Source: Callorhinchus milii (taxonomy: Eukaryota). From it: 64,000 bases of DNA. Position 1 is the first letter of the stretch. Each line of letters opens with the position of its first letter. Under the pieces are notes generated by a model, which did no database searches, was not told the origin of the DNA, and saw nothing but the letters and a program-made list of their open reading frames with translations. The position numbers were made by a program, and so were the translations under genes. The stretch is taken from NCBI RefSeq assembly GCF_018977255.1, contig NW_024704742.1, positions 54,686,001-54,750,000 of the forward strand, in the 5' to 3' direction. This document shows positions 1-12,998 of this stretch, piece by piece.

Positions 1-19
1 AAACTTGTGCTTTCTCCCC

Positions 20-250
20 CAGTGAGATTGAGCTCAAGATCCTCATCTTAATCTTTAGATCCTCCACAGTCTTACCCCCACCCTACCTCTGCAACCTCCT
101 CAAGCTCTACAACCCTAGCCACTCCTTCCACCTCAGTGGGCACTAGCTTGCTTTACGTACCCCGCCCTACCCTCTCCACCTTCAGCAATCAGGCATTCAG
201 CGAATCTACCCCCACCCTCTGGAACTCCATCTCAAATTGCCTACAACTCA
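20..250 (+). mobile_element. L2 LINE 3' fragment, degraded
   Basis: Same end-of-ORF2 sequence (..tcaagatcctc..cctacctctgcaacctcct..ctctggaactccatc) as the better copies at 1722-2160 and 21809-22630. Confidence 0.7.
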
Positions 251-329
251 CTCCTTCCAATGAAGAGAGCATAGCAAAATAACCTTGAGGCGACAGATAC
301 AAGATAAAAGGATTATTAGAGATGGTGGT

Positions 330-725
330 AAAATAAGTCCAAAAGTGAGCAAATGTTCTGGAAATGGAAGACTTCAGCAGTCCTGGCAATGGATTGAAAG
401 AGGGTTTCGAAACGCAGCTCAGAGTCAAACAGAGCAATGAGTTTATGCACTCTGAAATCATGTACCATGATGGGTGAAACTGGGGTGATGGGGTCACGGA
501 GCCTAGTGCGTGAGAGGACATGAACTGCAGAGTTCTGGATGATCTGCAGCTTGTGGAGGGCAGAGTTGGGGAGGCCCAACAAGGAGGGAGTTTCCGTAGT
601 CGAGCCTTGAAGTGACGAATGCGTGTATGAAGGTTTCGGCAGCCTGAGGGTTGAGGCAGTAGCGGAGTCGAGCAATGTTACAGAAGTGGGGGAAAGGCAG
701 AGAGGGTACATGGATACAGTAGTTC
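330..725 (-). mobile_element. Two abutting L2 ORF2 fragments
   Basis: Minus-strand translations contain L2 post-RT motifs (ETFIHAFVTSRLDYGNSLL, LHKLQIIQNSA, FDSELRF). Confidence 0.8.
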
Positions 726-1721
726 CAGCAGCTGTTGACAAGTTTTATATTGTGCCACAAGACTTATTCTATTACCTCCATCTCCATTACTTTCTTCTGG
801 TTCCTTCAGAACTGCCTATCTGCCACATAGCATCCCTCCACTGACACCTTTCCGTGGCACCAAAAAATCAAACAAAAGTTACACATTTCCTGGGGATATA
901 ACTTACAAGTGAGATCAGATATCTCAGCCTAATAGCCTCTGTATGGAGAATACCAAGGATGTAAGAGTTCAGGTTCCTGCATTGAACCTACTGCAATTCT
1001 CACATTCTGAGAATTTGCTATTGAGCTTATCTATAACTTTTGCCGATGAATCACACTACATACAATTAAGTCACAGCTTTGCCTCCAGTACACCAGGGCG
1101 GAGGTTCTGGAGGCTGCCAGAACCTTGAAAAATCCCAATGAAGCTCCTGGACTCTATACAATGCCTATTTATGGCTAGTGTAAGCAGGGTCCTCTGCAAT
1201 CCACAGACCTAACAGTTCTTATTGTGTTCAGCAACAAGGTATCATAGTTTCACATCCCCACAATAAACTTGTGATTGAAGTTCAGTGGAACCTTTAATAA
1301 TCTGAGGCAGTGATGTACAGTGTGTACCTGGAGCTGAGAAAACACCAAGAGGCCCTTTCTTTAGAGGCCCACCTACTCTGTAATTACACGACCCCAACCC
1401 ATGCAACACTGCCTACCCCAATAAGAGCTCCAAGACAGCAGACAACAGGAAAACCCCTGACCTGGACCACCCATCTAAAGACCCCAGCAATCATACACTG
1501 CTTCAATCCCCACCCATGCCAAACCCCCAACCTACCAGGAAATTGAAAGGAATAGAACAATATGAACTCCTCACTGTGCATCTTTGCATGTAGCTACCTG
1601 CAAGCACCCTGTAACCTATGGCGTATCATGACCAAAGACCACATGTAAATCTTCATTAACTCAATGATAAGTGATATTCTTACCTTTACAGTAGTTTATT
1701 TCTTTGATGTGTGTGGAGATG

Positions 1722-2160
1722 TGTGTGGCTCCCCATCCCTCAGAGAATCGAATTCAAGATCCTTGTCCTCACTTTCAAGGCCATCCATGGCCTTGCGCCC
1801 TCCTACCTCTCTGACCTGCTGACTCCCTACCAACCTGCCCACTCCCTCCATTCTGCGGGCTCCGGCTTGCTCCATGTCTCCCGCCCTACCATCAGTGGCC
1901 GGGCTTTCAGTCTCTCTGCCCCCGAACTCTGGAACTCCATCCCATAGTCCCTTTGCCTCGCTTCCTCCCTTGCCTCCTTCAAGGCCGGTCTCAAGACCCT
2001 CCTTTTCGATCATGCCTTCAGTCACCCTCCCATCTCTCTGCCTTCCCTCACCCCTACACCACCCCTCCTCCATGCTCGCGTCGTGACCCCTGACTGTCCA
2101 GCGCCTTGGGATGTCCTCCCGATGTGAAAAGCGCTCTATAAATGTAATGTTGTTGTTGTG
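1722..2160 (+). mobile_element. L2 LINE 3' end, 5'-truncated
   Basis: WLPIPQRIEFKILVLTFKAIHGLAPSYLSDLL...LWNSIP followed by the 3' stem-loop region and a (GTT)n tail. Confidence 0.9.
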
Positions 2161-3073
2161 AGATTTTTCAATAGCTCACGAAGATGAAAGCTGCAAGACA
2201 TGATGAAGAAAGTTAAATGACTTGCAACCAGAATGTATTTTCATCCCATAACAGGTTCAATTCTAGCAGGTTTTGTTTCCCTGTAGATCACAGCAAACGC
2301 ATTACAACACCTTCTTTACATCAGTGAACACAAACACCAGTTTATCATTTTACATTTCAACTTTTACATTAAGATCAGTCAAGTATTAAGTATTGTGTAT
2401 CCTCCAAGAAAACTGAAATAGACCTATGTAGTTCAGGAAATATAACTTAACTTTCCCTGATCAGATTTATTTTCATTCATTCAAAATATCATCCAGATGT
2501 CATCTAAAAACTATTCACTCTACTGTGAACAGTAAATAAGGATCCTTGTTCAAGTGAATAGATAAGGATAAAATAAGCACATTACATGACATGATCCCAT
2601 TGTGGTTACTGACAGTGCCTGAAATCTCTTGAATTGACATCATTCATGCTATGCAGTTCATTGTGCCAGATATTAATCTGCTAAACCTCTCATCAAGTGC
2701 AATTGGTCAACCGATTGACTGATTTGGTGGGTATTTGACCTGATCGGTGTACTATTAAATAAAATTGGCAAGGAAAATATATTTTACAGAAATACAAAAG
2801 TGTTACAATTTATCACAAGGAACACATATCAAATGCTACAATTTTATACCCTATATTTCCAATGTGATCTAAACCCTAAAGATAAAGTAAGAATGTTGGC
2901 ATGTGTATTTGTCGCATATCTTTTCAGCTGCCTCTCCTAAACTTGCACCATGTGTTCAATAAAGGAGCAGCGACCCAGAAGGACAATAAGGAGCTCCCAG
3001 GAAATTCTGAACACTCAACACCAGAGCAAGAAGTCTCACTGCCTACAGATCACTGCATACAGATCACAGCATA

Positions 3074-3367
3074 CAGGGCGAAACCATAGGCAAGTCTATT
3101 TACTCCACATGCCTCTGTTTACCTAGCAGTAAGTTGGAACCCAGTTGTTAGTCAATTGGCAGATCGCTTTTTTGGGTAAAAATCCCCTCAAAACAAAAAC
3201 TTTTTAAAATAATAATTTGGTCACTCAATCCACAGCTGTTTGTGGGACACAGCTGTGTGCAATTGGCTGCCCACAAAATATACAGTCAATTCACTTTACT
3301 GTATATTCTGTTTATTGCTTTGAGGTGTCTAAAGAAGGCACTGTATCAAAATCAAGGATTATTATTA
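3074..3367 (+). mobile_element. Young tRNA-derived SINE (family A), 5'-truncated
   Basis: Matches the full-length copies at 47826-48193 and 53536-53890; (ATT)n tail. Confidence 0.85.
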
Positions 3368-4171
3368 TCTGCAGTTTAGTTAAAAAAGGGAGCCTATGGA
3401 TGCAGCCATAGATTCAAACACAACCTTCGAACCAATATCATGTCAGTGTATTGACAGCTAAGTTAAGGCTGACTTTAAGGCTAACTCCAAACTGCAGTTT
3501 ATGCTGAAAGCCATGAGTCTTAACCTCATGTTAAAAAAAATCTAGGCTTCATCTTCTGGCTCAGTAGAATGCATAATTCTGTCTGCAAAGTCTCTGAGAG
3601 AGATTCATACTTTTTTTCTGTAAAACCAGTATGTTATGGTATGCTTCTGTTTCAAACACTGACAGGTGCATTTGCTGCTATCTATCACACTGCACTATAA
3701 GGGCTTGAACTAAGCCTGTGTATTTTCCAAATGGAAACAGAACTATTCTTTGATCTCAACAAGAGTCTAGGTACTATAAGGCGTCTGTAAATCCCTATGT
3801 TTCTCACAGCTTTCTTTCAGTCCTGAATGCCATGGCTGGCTGTACGCACTCCCACCTTTCATTGCTTTCAGATAATACTCACAGAGTTTAAAGGTCAAGT
3901 AGATGGGAACTAACATAGATCCCATCAGGTGCTGTTCAGTACTTCACCCCTAGCGCCCCAATAATCCATTAAATGCATTACTACTGTGGAAAACGCAAAG
4001 CTTACCGAAGCAGGTGGAAAGAAAAGTGATTTGGGCTCCTGTTTGTAACCTTTTAAAATCACACCGAGTTATTTCTATCCTGTCATCTGAAGTGTATTTA
4101 TATGGTATTTGAATCAAATCTATTGTAGCTTAAGTTAAGAAGTCTCTTGAGGCGTAACCTTTACGTTTAGT

Positions 4172-4383
4172 GGGGTCTAAATTGTGGTTAGTGTTAACCA
4201 CATGTAAATGCACTTGTAAAGGAGTTACAGCTTGTTTTAATTATGCTTTGACCAAAGGACTAGCAGTGATTCTGGAATTATTTGCATTTGCTGTGAATTA
4301 GATAGTTAAGGTCATTGTACGCATTTGCCCAAGAGTCAATGCAACCCATATTTCTTGTGCACCCAACTTGCAACTTAGACCCT
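4172..4383. mobile_element. Short non-autonomous DNA transposon (MITE), possibly PIF/Harbinger-like
   Basis: Terminal inverted repeats GGGGTCTAAATTG versus reverse-complement AGGGTCTAAGTTG, with AGT repeated on both flanks. Confidence 0.5.
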
Positions 4384-6959
4384 AGTTCCTATTGTTTTTG
4401 ACCCTCCAAAACTACAGAAGCCACTCAAAGTGAAAAGCTCTTTGGAATGATCTCAACTGGTAGCAGATTTTCTTGATGTCCTCAAGAAATGATGTAGTTG
4501 CACAGGTTAAATAGAATGTATTTTACTGGATAGAGATTAGGAGGCCAAATTCTGGCTGATTTCCCCTTCCCTAACCCGTGTGCTAAAGCCAGTTGTAGCA
4601 CCCTAAAACGGTTCTGTCTGAGATCAGTCATCTCAGCACAGAACCTGTATTCCTTAGTGATGCCATGAAGACCCTGAAGGTCCAACATTAATGGTATTAT
4701 GATCTGAAGTTGATTTAATCCCAACCCACCATAATAACCAAATTTATACCATTTAGACATAATTTGCAAAATCCATGGTCTCATCCTCTTGTGAGGTTTA
4801 CCAAATACAGATTTCAGAGAGTTGGCTGAAGAATGTATGTACTCGACCACTGGCATGAATCAGCATTTGAATTGCTTAGAAAGTTTCTTCGTTAATTTCT
4901 AAATGGTTCAGACAAAGATAAGGATCCCAAACTTCCACGTCTTCCCATAAATCAGATATTTCCAGCAAGCCCATTCCTATTCTCTTACTTTCGAAAACCC
5001 ACCGGCATTCTGATGGGCATCAGTTGCAGAGTTTTCAAGAGAGTCTTCGCACTGAGAGCAATCATAACTCCTTGACATCCGTACTCCATTGTTAGCTCTA
5101 ATCTTCTTTCTTTGGTTTCATGCCACCTACCTATTATGCTATTACATACCATTAGCATTCTGTCTGTGAACGCAATTACCTTCCCTTTCACCAGGTGTCA
5201 TTCAAACAATTTGCAACAATTTGAAATGTTACATTTCTTCAATCTTAACATTTGTCTTCCATCTAACGCTTGGTTTATCTTACAAAGGTGACATTGATGG
5301 CAACCCTACTGCTGCCTCCATTATTATACAACAAACAGCGTTTTCAGTTGCTGAGGTCTTGACATTTACCCCACTCCTGGCAGTGAAATAGTTGGTGCCT
5401 GAAGAAAATCACTATTTGATCAGTTACTGATCATGATCTCCACTTATTTTGCTGTTATCCCAATTTCTTGTGAGTCCCAGCACACACTGAGGATGGTCGC
5501 ACCAGATATTACCACAATGTATCATTTTGTGTGTTATCTCTCACCAATGTGCAAATAAGGAAGACTGGATATGAAGCATCGGTATTCACAAGCCAAAAGC
5601 AATAGGGACAGGAAGAGCAGGTTCCTATTGTCAGCACCTTTCCCTTTGCATCACCCCTCATGTCATTTCATCCACAAGTTCAACGTGTTATAAAGTCGCT
5701 ACATGCAAAATGCCATATGCATCCTCAACATTTATACAGTCAATTCACCTTACAGCATTTTCTCGAAGACGTGATAAGGCACTATATCAAATGGAAGGAT
5801 TATTATTATTAGTTAGTAAAGTGCTGCATGGTTCTATACCATCAAAAATATTCTTCATTTTTAAAATATATTTTCATTACCCAAATTAAACCCATCAAAC
5901 AAATAACCTATAATAATCTTTGTGAGGAAGGGAAATGCCGAATTAAACAATTTTCAGGTGTATGTTACAAAGATGTCTAATTACAGCGTTTATAAATGCT
6001 CTTTAACTTGTAAAAGTGCAAATAATGTTTTTGGTAATAGCAGCTTGAGTAAAAAAATTAATCTCAATGTTGTGAATAAAACAACACTTTTATATCTTCT
6101 ATTTCACTGCTCAAATTTCAATTAGTCATTAACAAAGTGAACTTGTTTAAAAGATTAAGATTTTTTTAATAAAATACAGTGAATTCCTGATAACTTGTAA
6201 CTCCAAGAAAAAACGGCTCGTTGTTGAGTTATCTGGAGTCGTTGAGTTAGGCATATGTATAGTACATAAATAAATGCAGCCAAGATATTACCAGCATGAT
6301 AATTTAAGTGATAGTGACAGTTACGCAATAGTCATCCTACCAGTTTACTGTACTATTCTAAAAGATCAACCAATGTTTTTCCCTTCCCCTTCCCCCCGCA
6401 TCGCTTAATGGTTGGGTTAAAAACAACCAGTGTTAATTACCCGCTGAGTAAAGAAAAACTTCCTGGTATCTGTCCTGAAAATGCCCTTTCAAACTCTAAA
6501 CCTATGTCCTCTTGTTCTACTGCCTTGGTTTATCATAAAGTTTTGTTCTTGGTTTACTTACTCAATCTTATTTAAAATGTTATGCTTTGTTAATAAGACC
6601 TGTCTGAGTTGTGTTCTCTCAAGACTGAGCTTACTTTGAAAGGAGTGTTTTGTGATCTTTTTCTGACTTTGATAGCAAACTAGAAACATGCGGGATTCTA
6701 TCATCTTAAAAGGTAGAGTTTGATGGTTCCAGTGATTTCAAAGTTAACAATGGGTCCAAATTACAATCTAAAATTAAGAGATCCCTTAAACATTGAATGC
6801 AGACGTGATGAGGGGAGACTTCCCCTCCCCAATGGCATTCTCAACAACATGTTTTTCTATAGCATCCATCACACAAGATTGCATCTTCAAGAACTTAAAT
6901 GCTGGTGTCCAGAAGGCAAGGCTTGCATTAACCTTCCAGCTCACAGTTTGCAGTTTATG

Positions 6960-7075
6960 ATTCATAATGCCATGGGATTTTTACGTCCACCTGAACAGGC
7001 AGATAGATACTCAGTTTAATGTCTCATCTGAAAGACGGCACCTCCTTCAATGCAATGCACCCCTAGCACTGCAAT
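6960..7075 (-). mobile_element. Deu-domain SINE fragment (SacSINE1-like, family B)
   Basis: Reverse complement matches the Deu core (gaggtgccgtctttcagatgagacattaaac...ggtggacgtaaaatcccatggca). Confidence 0.75.
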
Positions 7076-7089
7076 GTACGTTGCTTTGT

Positions 7090-7421
7090 CAGAGGAGTTT
7101 CTCCCAATCTTCTAGCCAAAACGTCCCAAAATAAAATTGGTCACTCATTCCATGGCTGTTTGTGAGACAGGAGCTATGAGAAGAATGTTTGATCCGGCTT
7201 CAGATCATCAGCTTTAGACGCAGTGTTTTCTGCTGTCTATACAATTTGTTTTTCATTTTTAACTTAATTTAGCCCACATTGCCAACCCCAATATATCTTG
7301 TTGTCATCGCCATTGCTGCCAAGTTTTACCCATAAAATACAGTCAAACCACTTGACAGTATATTCTGTGAGTGCTTTGAGATATCACAATGACATGATAA
7401 GGAAGTATATCAAATGCAAGG
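7090..7421 (+). mobile_element. SINE 3' half containing a ~135-bp foreign insertion (7179-7313)
   Basis: Body motifs aaattggtcactcattccatggctgtttgtg and the tail ...tatatcaaatgcaagg flank the insertion. Confidence 0.7.
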
Positions 7422-7424
7422 GTT

Positions 7425-8331
7425 AGGGTACCCCAGGGCTCCATCCTTGGCCTTCTCCTTTTCCTCACCTATATGCTCCCTTTTGGTGATATCATCAGCA
7501 AATACAGGATAAATTTCCACATGTATGCAGATGACACACAAATCTACTTTGCCTTCTCCAGTATCAATTCTGGGTTCGCTGATGTTCTATCAGCTTGTCT
7601 GGCACACATCAGGGCCTGGATGAGTGCAAACTTCCTGCAGATGAATGTGCACAAGATGGAAGCCATACTCCTTGGCTCCCGCCAACATCCTCACTCCTGC
7701 GGATCTGAACTCCTCAACCTCCTTGGTCTCTCTCTCAGATTCACTGAACCAGTGCACAATTGAGGCATCTGATTTGAACCCCAGCTGTCCTTCCTCCCTC
7801 ACATCTGGTCCCTGACCAGGACCGCCTTCTTCCACCTTCGCCACATTGTCTCCCTCCGACCGTACCTTACACCAAATGCAGCCGAAGCCCTTGTGCAAGC
7901 ATTTGTCACCTCCCACTTGGATTACTCAAACGCACTCCTTGCTGGTCTCCCCAGCTCCACTATTCAAAAAATCCAGCTCATTCAGAATTCTGCTGCCCAC
8001 ATACTGACCCGAACCAAACTCCGTACCCACATCTCACCAGTTCTGGCCAGGCTCCACTGGCTCCCCATCACCAAATGGATCGACTTCAAGATCCTCACAC
8101 TTGTGTTTAAATCATTGGAGGTCATGCATTCAGCCACTACTCCCCAAAACTCTGGAACACTCCCTCAATCCCGCCGCCTTGCCTCCTCTCCCTTTTTTCA
8201 AGTCCTGCCTGAAAACCTTCCTTTTCATGCTGAAAGTCACCTCCCCACCCCAGCTCAGAGTCAGGCACTGTTAAATGCTCTGAGATACTTCCCTGTGTGA
8301 AGGGCACTATATAAGTGCAAGTTATTGTCGT
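7425..8331 (+). mobile_element. L2 LINE, 5'-truncated, decayed RT domain to 3' end
   Basis: VPQGSILG and HMYADDTQIY RT motifs, AFVTSHLDYSNALLAGLP, LHWLPI; stops and frameshifts; L2 3' tail. Confidence 0.92.
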
Positions 8332-8369
8332 TTATTATTATGAAAGTTGTGATCTGAAAGACAGTACCC

Positions 8370-8509
8370 AGAAGAAAAATGTTTGACCCAGCTTCAGATC
8401 ATCAGCTTTGGAAACCGTGTTTTCCGCTGTCTATACATTGTGCCAATTCATTTTTTAACTTAATTTAACCCAAATTGCCAACACTAATATATCTTGTTGT
8501 CATTGCCAT
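8370..8509 (+). repeat. Direct-repeat partner of 7179-7313
   Basis: Collinear ~135-bp match by eye (aatgtttga..gcttcagatcatcagcttt..gctgtctataca..ttcattttttaacttaattta..aatatatcttgttgtcat). Confidence 0.9.
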
Positions 8510-11151
8510 GCTACATTAATCTTGTTTGGTTGGCCTCAGAATAGTTAAAGCAACCATTCACACAATGCGTGCAAGGGGTTAAATAGGAAACAAAGCATAT
8601 GACTGTTTCTGAACAAGTTCGTCCATCCTGTTCATTGCAATGTTGTAATTTTTAAACAACCCTCAAGAGGTCTAGAATAAGTGTTTATGGGATACACATG
8701 ACAGATTAGTACAGTAGCTCCTACATTGTAGCATGTGGGTCAGATCAAGCTGAAATCACAAGTCTCCATTTAAAACACTTGTTTTCTGTGATCCTTTATA
8801 CCTGCATAGATATGAATTTCATGTCATATATTTGTTCTGATTTGTATGATTTCACCATTTGCAGAAGTTGCCCTCATCTCTATACTTTCTCAAAGATAAA
8901 TCTTTTTGTTTTACTGGATCATCTTGCCTTTGATATAAGAGAAGTGTCAGTTCAAGCAGACAAAAAGGGTCTTTGTTTTCTGTTGCTGAGATCTTGTGTT
9001 TACTGTGCACAAATTGTCTGTTTATCTGAAACCTTTTATTATTTGATCTTTGAAATGTAAAACCAAAGACACTTCTGCTTTGCTACTGAACATATTTGCT
9101 CTGTAAGTGCCTCAGCATTTGAACAACAGCTTTAAGAGCAAAATTTTACTTTAAAGTCCAGAAATGCTACAATGGATAAAATAGCCAATCTAAGTTTCAG
9201 TAAAAATGCAGGCTCATTACAGTCATACTTCATTAAACTTTGCTTTTGATGTACACACAAAATGCTAGTTGAATATAAACAGACATTGACAATTTTGTAC
9301 TTTGGTGTGAATTCTTTAGGTAAACATTAAATGCTTTTTGAATTTAAATTGATTTCAAGCTGCTTTAAAATCAGATGAGAATCTAATTTCAATGCAGGGG
9401 GGAACAAAACTTCCAGTGACTGCATCAAAGGTTCCTATTAAGTGCATCAAAGGAAACATCTGCAACCCAGATCATGGATTCTTTATCTCCCACACAAACC
9501 TGCACCAATCCACCACTTCATCTGCAGATCTTTACAGGGAATACTCAGATGTCACTGAAATGGTTTGTCTGCTTTCTCACCGAGGCTTTGAGGGTGGTGG
9601 TGATTTTTTCAATACCCTCAGATTTGGCACTTCCTTTCTGATGTAGTTATTTTGACACAAGCTACAAGGGGTATGTTGAGTGGAAGATGTCATTACGATC
9701 AACTCGTCTGAAGAGAATTCACTGTAACTCAGGAAAACAATAATATGGTTGATTGATTATGCACATGTAAATGCACCACAAGATTAAAGTAACTGGAACT
9801 TTAATTTTGGCCATTTGTTCCACATTATTGATTGAGGTTAGCGAGCATCTTTCACAAAACTGAGCTTTCTGTGAAATTGTTGGCAATGTTAGCCAACACA
9901 GTATAAATGTTTCTTTGTGAGCTATTTCTCAATTTGTAGCAGTCTCTGAGTATTGCTCTACTTTAAACTTGATGAGCTTGCGTGAGGGCACACCACACAC
10001 TGAGGAGTTATGGAGACTCAGTGGATGATGCGTACAGATTGCATGATACATATATCACACTCATCGACACATACAATACACTTAGACAAATGTAGGCAGC
10101 AGTCTCCAAACATTTACAATGGAGCTGGCAGACATTTCTGCATCTTCTTGACTTACCTATTATCGCCAGTGATAATTATCACAAGACATACTTTCATCAT
10201 TCCTCCTCAAAAATGCATTAAAGCAACAACGTAGTTTATAGCCTGGGCGCATTAGAAGAGGAATGTCATTTATTATTGTCATATCGTAAGATATGTCAAC
10301 TATTCTCAATGTCCAAATAATCAAACTATAACAAGGGAGAGGATTTACTAAAATGGTGTAAGATTTGTAATAGGAGTTGTAAACAGGAGATGATTCCTTG
10401 GAGGAAAGTCGCTATGCAAATAATTGTGGATTTGTAAATTGTAACTCAGAGTCAGATAATAGCGCTGCACTACAAAAAGATACAAGATTTTTGTGCTCAT
10501 TGATGTAAGGAATTGTATTTCAGGAGCACTTTTTCAGCTAAAGCTTCAGAACCTTCCACATCAGGTTATAGCCAAGGCCAAGCACACAGCAAAACTTCCA
10601 TTACCTTTCCCTAACCAGAGTGCTTTAGCATTTTTCCATTTCAGAAATCAGCTCCTTGTTGAGTGAAATTGTCAATTGAGTGCCAGTTCGTGTTAAAATG
10701 TAGGCAGATTTTGGTGTGGGCTGAGCTGAATGCACATATACATTCCTATTTTAAATTTGACCTGGGCTGCTGTATACAACTACATAATGATTCTACATTT
10801 TTATAATCTGATATATAAGGTATATTGTACACCATTCCCTTTTCAATAAACACCTCCGTGACCTGGACTCAATATCACGTGCACTTTGTACATTTCTTTC
10901 CAAGCGTAAATTGCAATGTGCAAACTTAACTATCATTGGTGATAATTAATATCATAAGAAGTCCCGCCTTGACTTATTGACTTTCACAAATGTAATTCTC
11001 CTTTCCTCCACACCCCACTCCCACTACCTTAACATTGGTTGGGCTGGAAGATAGCCCATGATCATTGTTGGACTTACTGGCCCTTGAATTGCAGCATTGG
11101 CACACCAGTTAATGAAATATCAGTTTAACTCACAAAATAAACAGCAGTGTT

Positions 11152-11355
11152 AACAACAACTTGCATTTATATCGTGCCGTTCATGCAGGGTAGCGTCTCA
11201 GAGCGCTTGATAGTGGTGGAGCACAACGCCAAGGGGTGGGAGTGACCATAAGCACGGACAAAGAGGAAGGTCTTCAGGCGCAACCTAAGGATGGAGAAAG
11301 AGAGGGGCAAGGCGAGTGATTGAGGGAGAGCGTTCCAGAGTTTTGGGTTAAGCCG
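11152..11355 (-). mobile_element. L2 3' end fragment
   Basis: KLWNALP...LKTFLF translation and (AAC)n tail on the plus strand. Confidence 0.8.
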
Positions 11356-12064
11356 ACATCCTGCAATGTAGAAGTTGAAGGTTCTAGGCACTGCTGCAGG
11401 AAATGTAAGTTGTCCTTCCACATTTTGTTGTCACCATTCTTGTATTATTGGGTATTTTTATCAGAACTTTTCAATCCTAGCTTTATTTGTGTATATTTCT
11501 ACTGGAAATTAGACTTTCTAACATTTAGGCTTTTGTTCGAGTCTCCTCACTGATCTGTTCAGACGTGTTTCTCTTTGCCTTTACTGAGATTTATTTCACA
11601 CTTGGTGTTTGAGTTTTATTGCTGGTTTATATTTTGACAGATGAGTCTTTATGCTTGATGTTTGTGCTGTGATCTCAATGCAATAGCCTCAGGCTACTAA
11701 AGCGAAACTTCTGGAGAAGACGTTTTAAAGCTTTATACAGTAAACTTGGATTTAGGTAGCAAATGCAAACTATTCCTTTCATCTTTTATATTTTTTCTCA
11801 TTGTGCATTTTGTACTGTTATTACTTTGTTAGGAATATACAGGTTGATTAATATTCTAGCTCCCGCTTATCACTGACTGAGTTCTTATAACTCATGACAG
11901 AAATCAAAGCCTTTGCAATGCTGATGGCTTGATATCACTTCAATGAATGCATATAATTTGCAACATGAAGTTAGAACAAGCATTCAGACAAAACTCCAGC
12001 CCAGATGTTCATTATTCTTTTTCTTTGCTTCATTATTTTTTCTCTTCCAATCCTTCTTCTTCTC

Positions 12065-12998
12065 ATATTTGTTTAGCATCTTTCACATCGAGAGGATGTC
12101 CCAAGGCACTGGACAATCAGTTTTTCGGACCTGAGCTGGGGGTTAGGATCGGGGCGGGTGGAGAGGTGACCGAAGGCTTGGTTGCAGAGGAGTGTCTTGA
12201 AGGAGGCAAGGGATGGGGCGAGGCAGAGGGATTGTGGGAAACACTTCCAGAGGGTGGGGGCAGAGTGGCAGAAGGTCCGCCCATGGGGTGGACGAGGTGG
12301 AGGACGTGAAGCATGCCGGAACCCGCTAAGTGGAGGGAGTGGGCAAATTGGTAGGGGGTTAGAAGGTCACAGAGGTAGGGGGGAGCAAGACCATGGAGAG
12401 CTTTGAAGGTAAAGAACAGAATCTTGAACTGTATCATCTGTGTGTCAGATGAGTGTCAGTGGAGTCAGATGAGGATGGGGGTGATAAGGTCGCGGAGCCT
12501 GGTGCGGGAGAGGACACGGACTCAGAGTTCTGGATGATCTGCAGCCTATGGAGGGAGGAGTTGGGGAGGCCGACACGCAGGGAGTTTGCGTAGTCGAGCC
12601 TGGTTGTTATGAATGTGTGTATGAGGGTCTCACTGCAATGTGAAATAGTGGTGGAGCCGGGTGATGTTGTGGAGGTGGGGGAAGGCAGAGCGGGTCACAG
12701 CACTGATGTGAGGTAGAAAGGATAGTTGAGGGTCAAACAAGGTACCAAGGTTCCAGACTGGCTCAGTGAGGTGCAGTGTGCAACCATGGATGGTGATGCT
12801 ATCAGCACCTGAGGTGAGGAGACGCTGACGGGAGCCAATCAGGAGGGCCTCGGTCTTGCTGACATTCAGTTATAGAAAGTTAGCTCTCATCCAGGATTTG
12901 ATGTCTGACAGACATTCTCTCAGGACAGCAGTGGTCCTGGAGTCGAGGGTTGAGGTAAAGAGATACAGTTGGGTGTTATCCACATACATGTAGAAATG
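12065..12998 (-). mobile_element. L2 LINE, 5'-truncated
   Basis: IQFKILFFTFKALHGLAPPYLCDLL; degenerate YADD-like motif (YVDNTQLY) near 12965-12990; L2 3' end near 12065-12120. Confidence 0.9.

Noticed and set aside
5400..5640. Possible ancient SINE-like relic (similar uncertain patches at ~1040-1260, ~4540-4660, ~17430-17540)
   Set aside because: Too degraded to assign by eye; needs a Dfam search.
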